64,000 bases of DNA, from NCBI GenBank assembly GCA_035540715.1, contig DATLGA010000041.1:17496-81495 (forward strand), in the 5' to 3' direction. Of this stretch, positions 8,973 to 17,395 are shown piece by piece. Made by a program: the position numbers and the translations under genes. The notes under the pieces were generated by a model, which was not told where the DNA came from, made no database searches, and was given only the letters and a program-made list of their open reading frames with translations. Numbering within the stretch: position 1 is the first letter of the stretch; each line of letters opens with the position of its first letter. The DNA is from Candidatus Limnocylindrales bacterium (GTDB lineage Bacteria; Chloroflexota; Limnocylindria; QHBO01).

Positions 8973-9506
8973 ATCATCTTCCTGGTCGAGCGACTCGAGT
9001 CGCTGGTCGCGACCGGCAAGAAGCTGCCGCTCACGAACAACGTCGTGCTCGACCAGGCCACCGTTCTCGAGCTGGTCGACCAGCTCCGGGTCTCGGTCCC
9101 CGACGAGGTGCGCCAGGCACGGCGCATCACCGAGGAGGCGGGCCGCATCACGGAGCGCGCCCGCGACGAGGGGGACCAGATCGTCGCCCGCGCCCAGGAG
9201 CAGGCGGCCCAGATGCTCGAGGAGCGGGAGCTCGTCCGCGCCGCCCAGGCCCGTGCCGCGGAGATCATCGAGCAGGCGCAGACCGAGGCGCAGGAGGTCC
9301 GGCGCGGCGCTGACGAGTACGCCGCAGGCGTCCTCATCCGGCTGGAGGGCGAGTGCATCAAGGCCCTGACGAGCATCAAGCGTGGCATCGACATGCTCGA
9401 CGAGCGGCATCGGTCCGCGTCGGACGACGGCACGCAGCCCGCCCGCAGCAGCGAGGCGATCGTCGTGGATCCGGAGGAGCAGGCCCACAGCGCCCCTCGC
9501 CCATGA
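8973..9506 (+). CDS. hypothetical coiled-coil protein (conserved position between coaD and yceD)
   Basis: Open frame continuing from strong SD AAGGAGG (8951-8957); product ATDIIFLVERLESLVATGKKLPLTNNVVLDQ... then long charged helical region; no canonical start codon in frame near the SD (first in-frame codons GCC ACG GAC ATC ATC), so start is uncertain. Confidence 0.45.
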   Translation: MIFLVERLESLVATGKKLPLTNNVVLDQATVLELVDQLRVSVPDEVRQARRITEEAGRITERARDEGDQIVARAQEQAAQMLEERELVRAAQARAAEIIEQAQTEAQEVRRGADEYAAGVLIRLEGECIKALTSIKRGIDMLDERHRSASDDGTQPARSSEAIVVDPEEQAHSAPRP

Positions 9507-10051
9507 CCTCGTTCAACGTCGCCGGGCTGCTCCACGAGCCGCCCGGGGCGACCCGCGACGCCCGACTCCGGGATCACTACGTGAACCTCGGACCCGATGT
9601 CGAGCTGGCCGGACCGATGGACGCCGACCTGCGCTTCCAGCGCACGAACCGCGGCATCCTCGTGCGCGGCAACGTTCGCGCGCCGATCCGCCGGACCTGT
9701 GCGCGCTGCAACGACCCGTACGTCGAGGAGACCGAGGTCGGCATCGAGGAAGAGTTCCTCCCCACGCTCGACCCCGAGACGGGTGCACACGTCGTGACCG
9801 AACCGGGAGACGAGGGCGCCCTGCACATCGATGCGCATCACGAGATCGCCCTCGACCGGGTCTTCCACGACGAGCTCTCCCTGACGGAGCCGATGCACCC
9901 ACTCTGCGAGCCCAACTGTCCCGGCCTGTGCGTGGACTGCGGCCAGCGCCTCGAGGGCGGCCCGCACGATCACGGGGAGGAGGAGATCGATCCACGCCTG
10001 GCCCAGCTCGCCGCGCTCCTGCGTGACCAGGATCGGACCGGCTCCGAATAG
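9503..10051 (+). CDS. yceD: YceD/DUF177 family protein (large-subunit rRNA accumulation protein)
   Basis: ATG 9503 overlapping previous TGA; CxxC...CxxC (CARC...CPGLCVDCG); canonical position upstream of rpmF. Confidence 0.8.
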   Translation: MTSFNVAGLLHEPPGATRDARLRDHYVNLGPDVELAGPMDADLRFQRTNRGILVRGNVRAPIRRTCARCNDPYVEETEVGIEEEFLPTLDPETGAHVVTEPGDEGALHIDAHHEIALDRVFHDELSLTEPMHPLCEPNCPGLCVDCGQRLEGGPHDHGEEEIDPRLAQLAALLRDQDRTGSE

Positions 10052-10123
10052 GGCAGTGGTCACCTCGGGGTCGCTCCGGCTATACTGCGGCGTCCCCATT
10101 CACATCGGTCAAGGAGTTTCCGC

Positions 10124-10327
10124 GTGGGCGTCCCCAAGCGAAAGGTATCCAAGGCGCGCCAGGGCGAACGCCGCGCCCATCTCGCGCTGAGCGCGCCGCC
10201 GCTCGTGGAGTGCGAGCACTGCCACGAGCTGAAGCGGGCGCATCACGTGTGCCCGACCTGCGGCTGGTACGCCGGTCGCGAGGCGGTCGAGATCGAGCCG
10301 GTCGCCCCGGTCGAAGGCCAGCGATAA
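10124..10327 (+). CDS. rpmF: 50S ribosomal protein L32
   Basis: GTG start after AAGGAG; MGVPKRKVSKARQGERRAH...CPTCG. Confidence 0.9.
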   Translation: MGVPKRKVSKARQGERRAHLALSAPPLVECEHCHELKRAHHVCPTCGWYAGREAVEIEPVAPVEGQR

Positions 10328-10332
10328 GCCCG

Positions 10333-11388
10333 ATGCGCATCGCGGTCGACGCGATGGGAGGCGACCACGCCCCTCGCGAGATCGTCCGCGGCGCCATCGA
10401 TTACGCATCCGCCAGCACCGACGAGATCATCCTCGTCGGTGACGTGCCGCGCCTCGAGCGCGAGATCGCGGCGTATCGGGAGGCTCCGCCGCCGAACGTC
10501 CGGCTCGTCGACGCGGCCGAGGTCATCGAGATGGGCGAGCATCCGGCGACGGCGCTTCGCCAGAAGCGGCGCGCCTCGATCGTCGTCGCCACCGACCTCG
10601 TTCGTGACGGCGACGCCGACGCGGTGGTCAGCGCCGGATCGACCGGTGCGACGATGGCCGCCGCGGTGTTCCGGCTCGGGCGGATCGATGGGATCGACCG
10701 CCCGGCTCTGCCGGCCCACATGCTCACGGCGACCGGGCCGGTCATGCTCCTCGACGTCGGGGCGAACGTCGACTCGCACCCGGAGAACCTCGTCCAGTTC
10801 GCGGCGATGGGCTCGATCTTCGCCAAGCACGTGCTGGGCGTCGAGAACCCGCGCATCGGCCTGCTCAACATCGGCGAGGAGGTGGAGAAGGGGGACTCAC
10901 TGGCCCGGGAGGCGCACGCGAAGCTCACCGGTGCCGACATCCACTTCGTCGGCAACGTCGAGGCGCACGACATGATCGCGCACCGCGCCGACGTCGTGGT
11001 CTGCGACGGGTTCGTCGGCAACGTGGTCATCAAGTTCTTCGAGGGCATCACGAGCTTCATCTTCCGAGCGCTGCGCGAGGACCTGCAGCAGGGCCCGATC
11101 GCGCCGGTTGCGCTGCTGGCGCTCAAGCCGGGGTTCGATCGGCTCAAGCGACGCTTCGATTACGAGCGATACGGCGGTGCCCCGCTCCTCGGCGTGAAGG
11201 GCGTCAGCATCGTCACGCACGGCCGCGCCAAGGCTCGAATGGTCGAGAACGCCATTCGCGTCGCGTCGGAGGCGGCGCGCGCCGGAGTGCCGGACCTCAT
11301 CGCCGAGTGGACGCGCGAGCACCCGGCCCTCGTGCATCGCGGAGTGCGCTCGCGCATCGCCGCGCGGCTGCACCGCGAGCGCACGTAG
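10333..11388 (+). CDS. plsX: phosphate acyltransferase PlsX
   Basis: MRIAVDAMGGDHAP conserved N-terminus; ORF-track upstream extension overlaps rpmF. Confidence 0.9.
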   Translation: MRIAVDAMGGDHAPREIVRGAIDYASASTDEIILVGDVPRLEREIAAYREAPPPNVRLVDAAEVIEMGEHPATALRQKRRASIVVATDLVRDGDADAVVSAGSTGATMAAAVFRLGRIDGIDRPALPAHMLTATGPVMLLDVGANVDSHPENLVQFAAMGSIFAKHVLGVENPRIGLLNIGEEVEKGDSLAREAHAKLTGADIHFVGNVEAHDMIAHRADVVVCDGFVGNVVIKFFEGITSFIFRALREDLQQGPIAPVALLALKPGFDRLKRRFDYERYGGAPLLGVKGVSIVTHGRAKARMVENAIRVASEAARAGVPDLIAEWTREHPALVHRGVRSRIAARLHRERT

Positions 11389-11391
11389 GCG

Positions 11392-11832
11392 ATGGCGGCG
11401 TCGCGTCACTCCACGCGTTCCACCGCCGGCCTGCTGGCGCGCCGGCTCGCGCTCCTCGCCCTGTTCGAGGACGAGTTCCGTCCGGGCAGCGGCGAGGCGG
11501 CCCTCGATCGGCTGGCTGACGAACGCCACGTCGAGGACGATGTGCGCGCGCACGCCGCCCGGATCGTGTCCGGGGTGGGGGAGCATCGCTCCGACCTGGA
11601 CGCTCGAATCGCGTCCGAGGCGCCTCTCATCCCGGTCTCGGAGCTCGGTCGCGTCGAACGCACGATCCTCCGGAGCGCGCTGTACGAGGTGCTATACTCC
11701 GCCGCGACCCCGAGCGGGGAGACGATGCGTGATGCCGTATCCCTCGCCCGGATCTACGCCGGCGACGCGGCGCGACGCCTTGTCAACGGCGTGCTCGGAA
11801 GCGTTTCCAGATCATCGGGTGGAGGAGCCTGA
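11392..11832 (+). CDS. NusB-family transcription antitermination protein
   Basis: 146 aa; RRLALLALFEDE, TILRSALYEVLY, C-terminal RRLVNGVLG match NusB signature regions. Confidence 0.7.
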   Translation: MAASRHSTRSTAGLLARRLALLALFEDEFRPGSGEAALDRLADERHVEDDVRAHAARIVSGVGEHRSDLDARIASEAPLIPVSELGRVERTILRSALYEVLYSAATPSGETMRDAVSLARIYAGDAARRLVNGVLGSVSRSSGGGA

Positions 11833-11835
11833 CTC

Positions 11836-12078
11836 GTGAGCGACGGGACCACGTTCGAACGACTCAAGAAGATCATCGTCGAGCAGCTCGGCGTCGACGA
11901 AGAGGAGGTCACGCCCCAGGCCTCGTTCGTCGAGGACCTCAATGCCGACTCGCTCGACCTGGTCGAGCTCATCATGAGCCTCGAAGAGGAGTTCGGCATG
12001 GAGATCTCCGACGAGGATGCGGAGCGCATCCAGAAGGTCCAGGACGCCGTCGAGTACATCGAGGAGCATCAGCAGTAA
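11836..12078 (+). CDS. acpP: acyl carrier protein
   Basis: GTG start after GGAGGAG; [21 protein letters not shown] phosphopantetheine-attachment Ser motif. Confidence 0.9.
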   Translation: MSDGTTFERLKKIIVEQLGVDEEEVTPQASFVEDLNADSLDLVELIMSLEEEFGMEISDEDAERIQKVQDAVEYIEEHQQ

Positions 12079-12091
12079 GGTCGAGCCGCCC

Positions 12092-12817
12092 ATGGACGCT
12101 CCGTCGCTCGATGAGCTGGGCGACCGACTCGGCATCGTCCTCTCGGACCCGGAGCTCGTCCGCCAGGCCTTCGTCCACAGCTCCTACTTCAACGAGAACT
12201 CGACCTCGGTCGCCGGGCACAACGAGCGCCTCGAGTTCTACGGCGACGCCGTCATCGGCCTCGCGGTGAGCCGCCTCCTGTTCGACCGATACCCCGACGA
12301 GGACGAAGGCTTCCTGACCGCCCGCCGGGCTGCCCTCGTCAACCGCGACGCCCTCGCCGCGCTCGCGCTGTCGATCGGTCTCGATCGCCACCTCCTGCTC
12401 GGGCGCGGCGAGACCGATGCGGGCGGCGCGACCCGTCCGTCGGTACTGGCCGCATGCTTCGAGGCACTGGCTGGCGCGCTCTCGCTCAGCCAGGGAAACG
12501 ACGAGACGGAACGGTTGCTCATGCGCCTGTTCGAGTCGCGCCTCGACGAGCTCAACGCCATCGCCGGCCCGCCCAAGTCGGCGAAGTCACGCCTCCAGGA
12601 GTGGACGCAGCGGCATCACGGCACGAAGCCCGTGTACCAGCTGACCGCCACGACGGGGCCCGCCCACGAGCAGCAGTTCCGGGTCGCCGTCACGCTCGAC
12701 GGACGGTCCCTCGGCGAAGGGATCGGATCGAGCCGGCAGCGAGCCGAGGAGCGGGCCGCGGCCAGCGCGCTCGCCGAGCTGCGGTCCGAGCGCATCATCG
12801 GCCCCGGGGCGCCGTGA
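12092..12817 (+). CDS. rnc: ribonuclease III
   Basis: ERLEFYGDAVIGLAVS RNase III signature; C-terminal dsRBD. Confidence 0.9.
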   Translation: MDAPSLDELGDRLGIVLSDPELVRQAFVHSSYFNENSTSVAGHNERLEFYGDAVIGLAVSRLLFDRYPDEDEGFLTARRAALVNRDALAALALSIGLDRHLLLGRGETDAGGATRPSVLAACFEALAGALSLSQGNDETERLLMRLFESRLDELNAIAGPPKSAKSRLQEWTQRHHGTKPVYQLTATTGPAHEQQFRVAVTLDGRSLGEGIGSSRQRAEERAAASALAELRSERIIGPGAP

Positions 12818-15800
12818 GCCGGCTCAGGGAGCTGCGCCTCCACGGCTTCAAGTCCTTCGCCGATGCGACGCGGTTCGTGTTCGAGCCGGGCGTCAACGCG
12901 GTGATCGGCCCGAACGGGTCGGGCAAGAGCAACATGGCCGATGCAGTGCGCTGGGTGCTCGGCGAGCAGTCGAACCGATCACTCCGCACGCGACGCGCCG
13001 ACGACGTCATCTTCGCCGGGTCGGAGCAGCGCAAGCCCCAGGGCATGGCCGAGGCGACCCTGACGCTCGACAACCACGACGGCTGGCTGCCGATCGACTT
13101 CGCCGAGGTGAGCATCGGGCGCCGCGCGTATCGGTCCGGCGAGAGCGAGTACCTGATCAACGGCGCCCGTGCGCGGCTTCGGGACGTGGTCGAGCTGCTC
13201 GGGGAGGGACGGCTCGGGGCGAACGAGCTGGTCGTGGTCGGGCAGGGGACGGTCGACGCGGCGCTGTCGCTCCGGCCCGAGGAGCGGCGGCAACTGTTCG
13301 AGGAGGCGGCCGGCGTCAAGGGGCTCCAGGTCAAGCGCAACGAGGCGTCGGTCCGCCTCTCCAGGGCGCTCGACAACCTGACGCGCGTCACCGACCTCGT
13401 CGCGGAGCTCAAGCCGCAGGTCCGCCGGCTCGCGCTCCAGGCGGAGCATCAGCAGCAGCACGACGCGCTCGGGGCGCGCGCCCGCGCCCTCGTCGTCGTG
13501 GCGCACCGGCGCCGCGAGCGCGCCGCCAGGGCGGAACTCGGTGAGGCACGACGCGAGGCCGCCGCCGCCGAGGCGGCACTCGCCGCCTTCCGCGAGTCCG
13601 AGGAGGCCAGCAGGCAGGCCATCGCCGCGGCGGAGGAGCGGTACTGGCAGGCGGAGGAGCGGGCTCGGGCGGCCGCCACAGAGCGCGAGTCCACCCGCGA
13701 GGCCGTCATCCGCGCCGAATCGCGCCTGGAGTCGCTGACCGCTCGACTCGACGAACTGCAGGCCGCGCACGAACGCGAGACGGCCGAGCTGGCCGATGCG
13801 GAGCGCTTCGTCGACGCCGGCGACGCGGACCCCGAGGACGACCCCGTCGGCGCCGCCCTCTCCGCCGCGGCGGAGGCCGACGAGGCGTGGCGAAGCGCCG
13901 TGGCCGAGCTGGCCGCCGCGGACGAGGAGCTCCTCTCGGCCGAGGAGGCCGTATCCCGCGTCCGCTCACGGGAGAGCGATCGGATCGCCGCCGCGGCGCG
14001 CGCCTCCGAGGAGGCGGCGCGCCGGCAGGCCCGGCGGGACGACGCCCTTCGGGAACGCGAGCGTGCCGGCGCCGAGCTCGAGGCCGCTCGCCGCCACCTC
14101 GCCGGCGTGACGCATGCCGCGGAGGTGGCCGCCGGGGAGGCCCGCGCGACCATCGAGGCGCTCGAGGCGGCCACGCGCGAGCGCGAGGAGGCCCAGGCCG
14201 AGGCCGACACGACGGCGCGGGTGGTCGTCGAGCTCCGCGAGCGGCTGCGCGCCATGCGGGCCGAGCTCGACGCCCTGAGCGAGCCCCATGGCGCCGAGAG
14301 CCGCGCAGGGCGCCGCTTGGCGGCGTTCGGCTGGCCGCTCCTTCTCGACCGGCTCGATGCTCCGGAGCAGGCCTGGGCCGCGATCGAGGCGGTCGTGGGC
14401 GGCGACCTCGAGGCCGCCCTGCTGTGGAGCGACGACGACCCGACCGCTGTGCTGCGCGACGCGCGCGGGGACGCACGCCTCCTGGCCGCCGGCACGGACG
14501 CAGGCCATGCCGATCGCGCGGCCGCTCTGCGCGCGATGGCCTCCGACCGGACGCTCGCCGAGTGGCTCGGCACCGGCGCCGCCCCGCGGGCGTTCCACCG
14601 CACGGTCGTGGCGCCCTCGCTCGAGGCGCTCCTGCGCGGCTGGCGCGACCTGCCCGCCGGCTGGAGCGGCGTCACGGCCGACGGCGATCTCGCCGACGAG
14701 CGTGGCGTCGTCATCCTGCGCGGTCGCGCCGACCCGAGCGGAGGCGCGGCGGTCCGCGCGCATGCGCGGCGCCGGGAGCTGGCCGATGCGGTCGGTCAGC
14801 ATGAGCGACGGCTCGCCGACGCACAGGAAACCTCGCACGCCGCCACGGCGCGGCTCCGTGCCGCGCGCGAGGCACATCTGGCCGCGCGCGAGGCGGCCGA
14901 CGAGGCGGATCACCGGCAGCGGCGGAGCCGGTCCGAGGTCGACGCGGCGCAGTCGGCCGTCGAGCGGTCGGGCGGGCGGCTGAGAGGGCTCGAAGAGGAC
15001 CTGCGTGCGCTCGAACCGGACGGCCGACCCGACGTCGCGCCCTCCGAGCCGGCCGACGCGGAGCTCACCCGGCTCCAGGCGGCGGCCGACGCCGCACGGC
15101 GTCGCCGCGACGAGCTCGCGGCCAGGCGCGACGCCACGAGAGAGCGCTGGACCGCGACACGGCAGGCTGCCCAGGAAGCCGAGACACGCACGGCGGGTCG
15201 CCGTCGCGAGCGCGCGCTGCGCGAGGCCAGGGTCGCTCAGCTGCGGGCATCCCTGCCGGCTTCGGGCGACGCGATCGTCCGCCTCGCCTCGGAGCGTGCG
15301 GAGCTCGAGGCACTCGCCGCGCAGGCGCGGACGGCGGACGGCGCGGTGCAGCAACGTGCCGTCGAGGCCGAGGCAGCCCGGACCGAGCGCCGGCGCGAGC
15401 TGCTGGCGCTCGAGCGCGACCGCGGCGGCGTCAGCGCCCGACTCGGCGAGCTCGAACGCCGCGCACAGGCCACCGCGATCGAGGCGTCGCGCCGCGACGA
15501 GTCGCTGGCGGCGCTCGCGCGGGAGCACCAGCTGGCTCTCGAGGGCCTGCCGGAAACGGCACTGGAGCCACCACTCGAGGAGGTGGAGTCACTGGAGGGA
15601 GAGGCCCTCGATGCGGAGCTGCGACGCGTTCGTCGCACCCTGGCGCAGGTCGGATCGGTCAACCCCTTCGCGGTCGAAGAGCACCGCGAGCTGTCGGGCC
15701 GGCTCGAGGAGATGTCGTCGCAGGAGTCCGACCTTCGCGAGGCGATCAGCTCGACGCAGGAGCTCATCGGCCGCCTCGACGCCGAGATCACGCAGCAATT

Positions 15801-16269
15801 CGACATGGCCTTCCGGGCGATCGGCGAGAAGTTCGACGAGTTCTGCCGGCTCCTGTTCGCCGGCGGCTCAGCCTCGCTTCAGATGGCGGATGAGGCGGAC
15901 GGTGACGCGCCCGGTGGCATCGAGATCGTGGTGCGGCCGCCCGGGAAGCGGCTCCAGCGACTGGCCATGTTGTCGGGCGGCGAACGAGCGCTCACCGGCG
16001 TGGCGCTGCTCTTCGCGATGCTCACGGTGAACCCCGTGCCGTTCTGCATCCTCGACGAGGTGGATGCCGCGCTTGACGAGGCGAACATCGGCCGGTTCGC
16101 CGAGGCGCTTCGCAAGCTGAGCGAGTCGATCGACTTCGTCGTGATCACGCACAACCGTGCCACGATCGAGGTGGCCGACACGATCTACGGCGTCACGATG
16201 ACCGATGCCGCGGTCAGCCGCGTCCTCTCGCTGCGGCTGTCGGACGTGGCCGTGGAGGTCCCCGCCTGA
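12814..16269 (+). CDS. smc: chromosome partition protein SMC
   Basis: GTG 12814 overlapping rnc stop; GPNGSGKSN Walker A, long coiled coils, C-terminal LSGGERALTGVALLFAM and ILDEVDAALD. Confidence 0.9.
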   Translation: MSRLRELRLHGFKSFADATRFVFEPGVNAVIGPNGSGKSNMADAVRWVLGEQSNRSLRTRRADDVIFAGSEQRKPQGMAEATLTLDNHDGWLPIDFAEVSIGRRAYRSGESEYLINGARARLRDVVELLGEGRLGANELVVVGQGTVDAALSLRPEERRQLFEEAAGVKGLQVKRNEASVRLSRALDNLTRVTDLVAELKPQVRRLALQAEHQQQHDALGARARALVVVAHRRRERAARAELGEARREAAAAEAALAAFRESEEASRQAIAAAEERYWQAEERARAAATERESTREAVIRAESRLESLTARLDELQAAHERETAELADAERFVDAGDADPEDDPVGAALSAAAEADEAWRSAVAELAAADEELLSAEEAVSRVRSRESDRIAAAARASEEAARRQARRDDALRERERAGAELEAARRHLAGVTHAAEVAAGEARATIEALEAATREREEAQAEADTTARVVVELRERLRAMRAELDALSEPHGAESRAGRRLAAFGWPLLLDRLDAPEQAWAAIEAVVGGDLEAALLWSDDDPTAVLRDARGDARLLAAGTDAGHADRAAALRAMASDRTLAEWLGTGAAPRAFHRTVVAPSLEALLRGWRDLPAGWSGVTADGDLADERGVVILRGRADPSGGAAVRAHARRRELADAVGQHERRLADAQETSHAATARLRAAREAHLAAREAADEADHRQRRSRSEVDAAQSAVERSGGRLRGLEEDLRALEPDGRPDVAPSEPADAELTRLQAAADAARRRRDELAARRDATRERWTATRQAAQEAETRTAGRRRERALREARVAQLRASLPASGDAIVRLASERAELEALAAQARTADGAVQQRAVEAEAARTERRRELLALERDRGGVSARLGELERRAQATAIEASRRDESLAALAREHQLALEGLPETALEPPLEEVESLEGEALDAELRRVRRTLAQVGSVNPFAVEEHRELSGRLEEMSSQESDLREAISSTQELIGRLDAEITQQFDMAFRAIGEKFDEFCRLLFAGGSASLQMADEADGDAPGGIEIVVRPPGKRLQRLAMLSGGERALTGVALLFAMLTVNPVPFCILDEVDAALDEANIGRFAEALRKLSESIDFVVITHNRATIEVADTIYGVTMTDAAVSRVLSLRLSDVAVEVPA

Positions 16270-17309
16270 TGTTCTGGCGCCGGCGTGAACCCGCGCCCGA
16301 CCAGAAACCACAGGCGCCGCAGGAGGCACACCGGCCGGCCGACGGTGCGCCGGAGCCGCCTCGCGACGATGCGGCGGCTCCGATGACGGTCGCGCGTCCA
16401 CGGCGTGAGCCGGGCGGCATGGGTCTCCGCGCGCGCCCGTCCGGCATGGGGGCGCGGCTGCGCGAGATCTTCGGCGCGGGCACGACGGCCACCGACGCGA
16501 CCTGGGACGAGGTCGAGGAGACGCTCATCGCCGCCGACGTCGGCGGGACTGCGACGCTCGAGCTCGTCGATGCCGCCCGCGAGCGGATGCGGCGCGAGGG
16601 CGGACGAAGCGGCGAGGACGCGCGCCGTGCCCTGGCGACCGAGATCCGCGACCGGCTGGCGGCCGCCGGATCGGGCCGGTTCGAGCTCGGTCCGGCCCCG
16701 TCGGTGATCCTGTTCGTCGGCGTCAACGGTACCGGCAAGACGACGACGATCGCGAAGCTCGCGGCGCGCCTCAAGGGCGAGGGACGCTCGCTGGCGCTCG
16801 CGGCTGGCGACACGTTCCGCGCGGCGGCCATCGAGCAGCTGCGGATCTGGGGCGACCAGATCGGCGTGCCGGTCGTGGCGCAGCGCACCGGCGCCGACCC
16901 CGGCGCGGTGGCCTTCGACGCCGTTGCCGCTGCGGAATCCCGGAACCTCGACGCCGTCCTGGTCGACACGGCGGGGCGGCTTCAGAACAAGCAGCAGCTC
17001 ATGGAGGAGCTGGCGAAGATCCGGCGCGTCATCGAGCGGCGGCTGCCCGATCAGCCGCGGCATGTCCTCCTGGTTCTCGATGCGACGACCGGCCAGAATG
17101 GCCTCCTCCAGGCCGAGGCGTTCAGCCGCGAGGTTGGCGTGACGGGCATCGTCCTCACGAAGCTGGACGGCACGGCGAAGGGCGGCGTGGCCCTGGCGGT
17201 CGCGGACCGGCTCGGTGTCCCGATCGTCTTCGCCGGGGTCGGCGAGGAGCTCGACGCCCTCGCGCCGTTCGAGCCCGAAGCCTTCGTCGAGTGGCTGTTC
17301 GCCGGGTGA
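16269..17309 (+). CDS. ftsY: signal recognition particle receptor FtsY
   Basis: GVNGTGKTTTIAKLA, DTAGR; start overlaps smc TGA. Confidence 0.9.
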   Translation: MFWRRREPAPDQKPQAPQEAHRPADGAPEPPRDDAAAPMTVARPRREPGGMGLRARPSGMGARLREIFGAGTTATDATWDEVEETLIAADVGGTATLELVDAARERMRREGGRSGEDARRALATEIRDRLAAAGSGRFELGPAPSVILFVGVNGTGKTTTIAKLAARLKGEGRSLALAAGDTFRAAAIEQLRIWGDQIGVPVVAQRTGADPGAVAFDAVAAAESRNLDAVLVDTAGRLQNKQQLMEELAKIRRVIERRLPDQPRHVLLVLDATTGQNGLLQAEAFSREVGVTGIVLTKLDGTAKGGVALAVADRLGVPIVFAGVGEELDALAPFEPEAFVEWLFAG

Positions 17310-17314
17310 CGTCG

Positions 17315-17343
17315 TTGCCGCCCCCGCCGGCGGCCCCTAGAAT
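17315..17343 (+). promoter_or_regulatory. candidate sigma-70-type promoter upstream of ffh (TTGCCG-17nt-TAGAAT)
   Basis: -35 TTGCCG 17315-17320, 17-nt spacer, -10 TAGAAT 17338-17343, ~50 nt upstream of ffh ATG. Confidence 0.35.
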
Positions 17344-17395
17344 GGGCAGCCGTTTGCCGCCGTCGCGGCGCTGCTGACTCCGTATCGGTCCACCC

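Noticed and set aside
6767-9506. Long + strand ORFs 6767..8452, 7495..8943, 8064..9506 as single proteins
   Set aside because: Only the C-terminal portions correspond to conserved proteins (rsmD, coaD, coiled-coil protein); the N-terminal extensions run out of frame through recG/rsmD/coaD and are Arg/Pro-rich.
11683-11698. GCTATACT motif occurrence at ~11690
   Set aside because: Lies inside the NusB-family coding sequence, not intergenic; probably coincidental and not counted as a promoter.
12454-12813. N-terminal extension of smc ORF (from 12454)
   Set aside because: Overlaps rnc; SMC N-terminus (LRELRLHGFKSF…GPNGSGKSN) begins at GTG 12814.
12979-15528. Reverse-strand ORFs inside smc (12979..13770, 13449..14714, 13706..14476, 13966..15528)
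   Set aside because: Antisense to SMC coiled-coil region; Ala/Arg repeats are mirror images of the Ala/Glu/Arg-rich coiled coil.
17310-17395. Possible SRP RNA (ffs) next to ffh
   Set aside because: The 86-nt ftsY-ffh spacer lacks the conserved SRP RNA domain IV apical motifs; interpreted instead as promoter plus leader.
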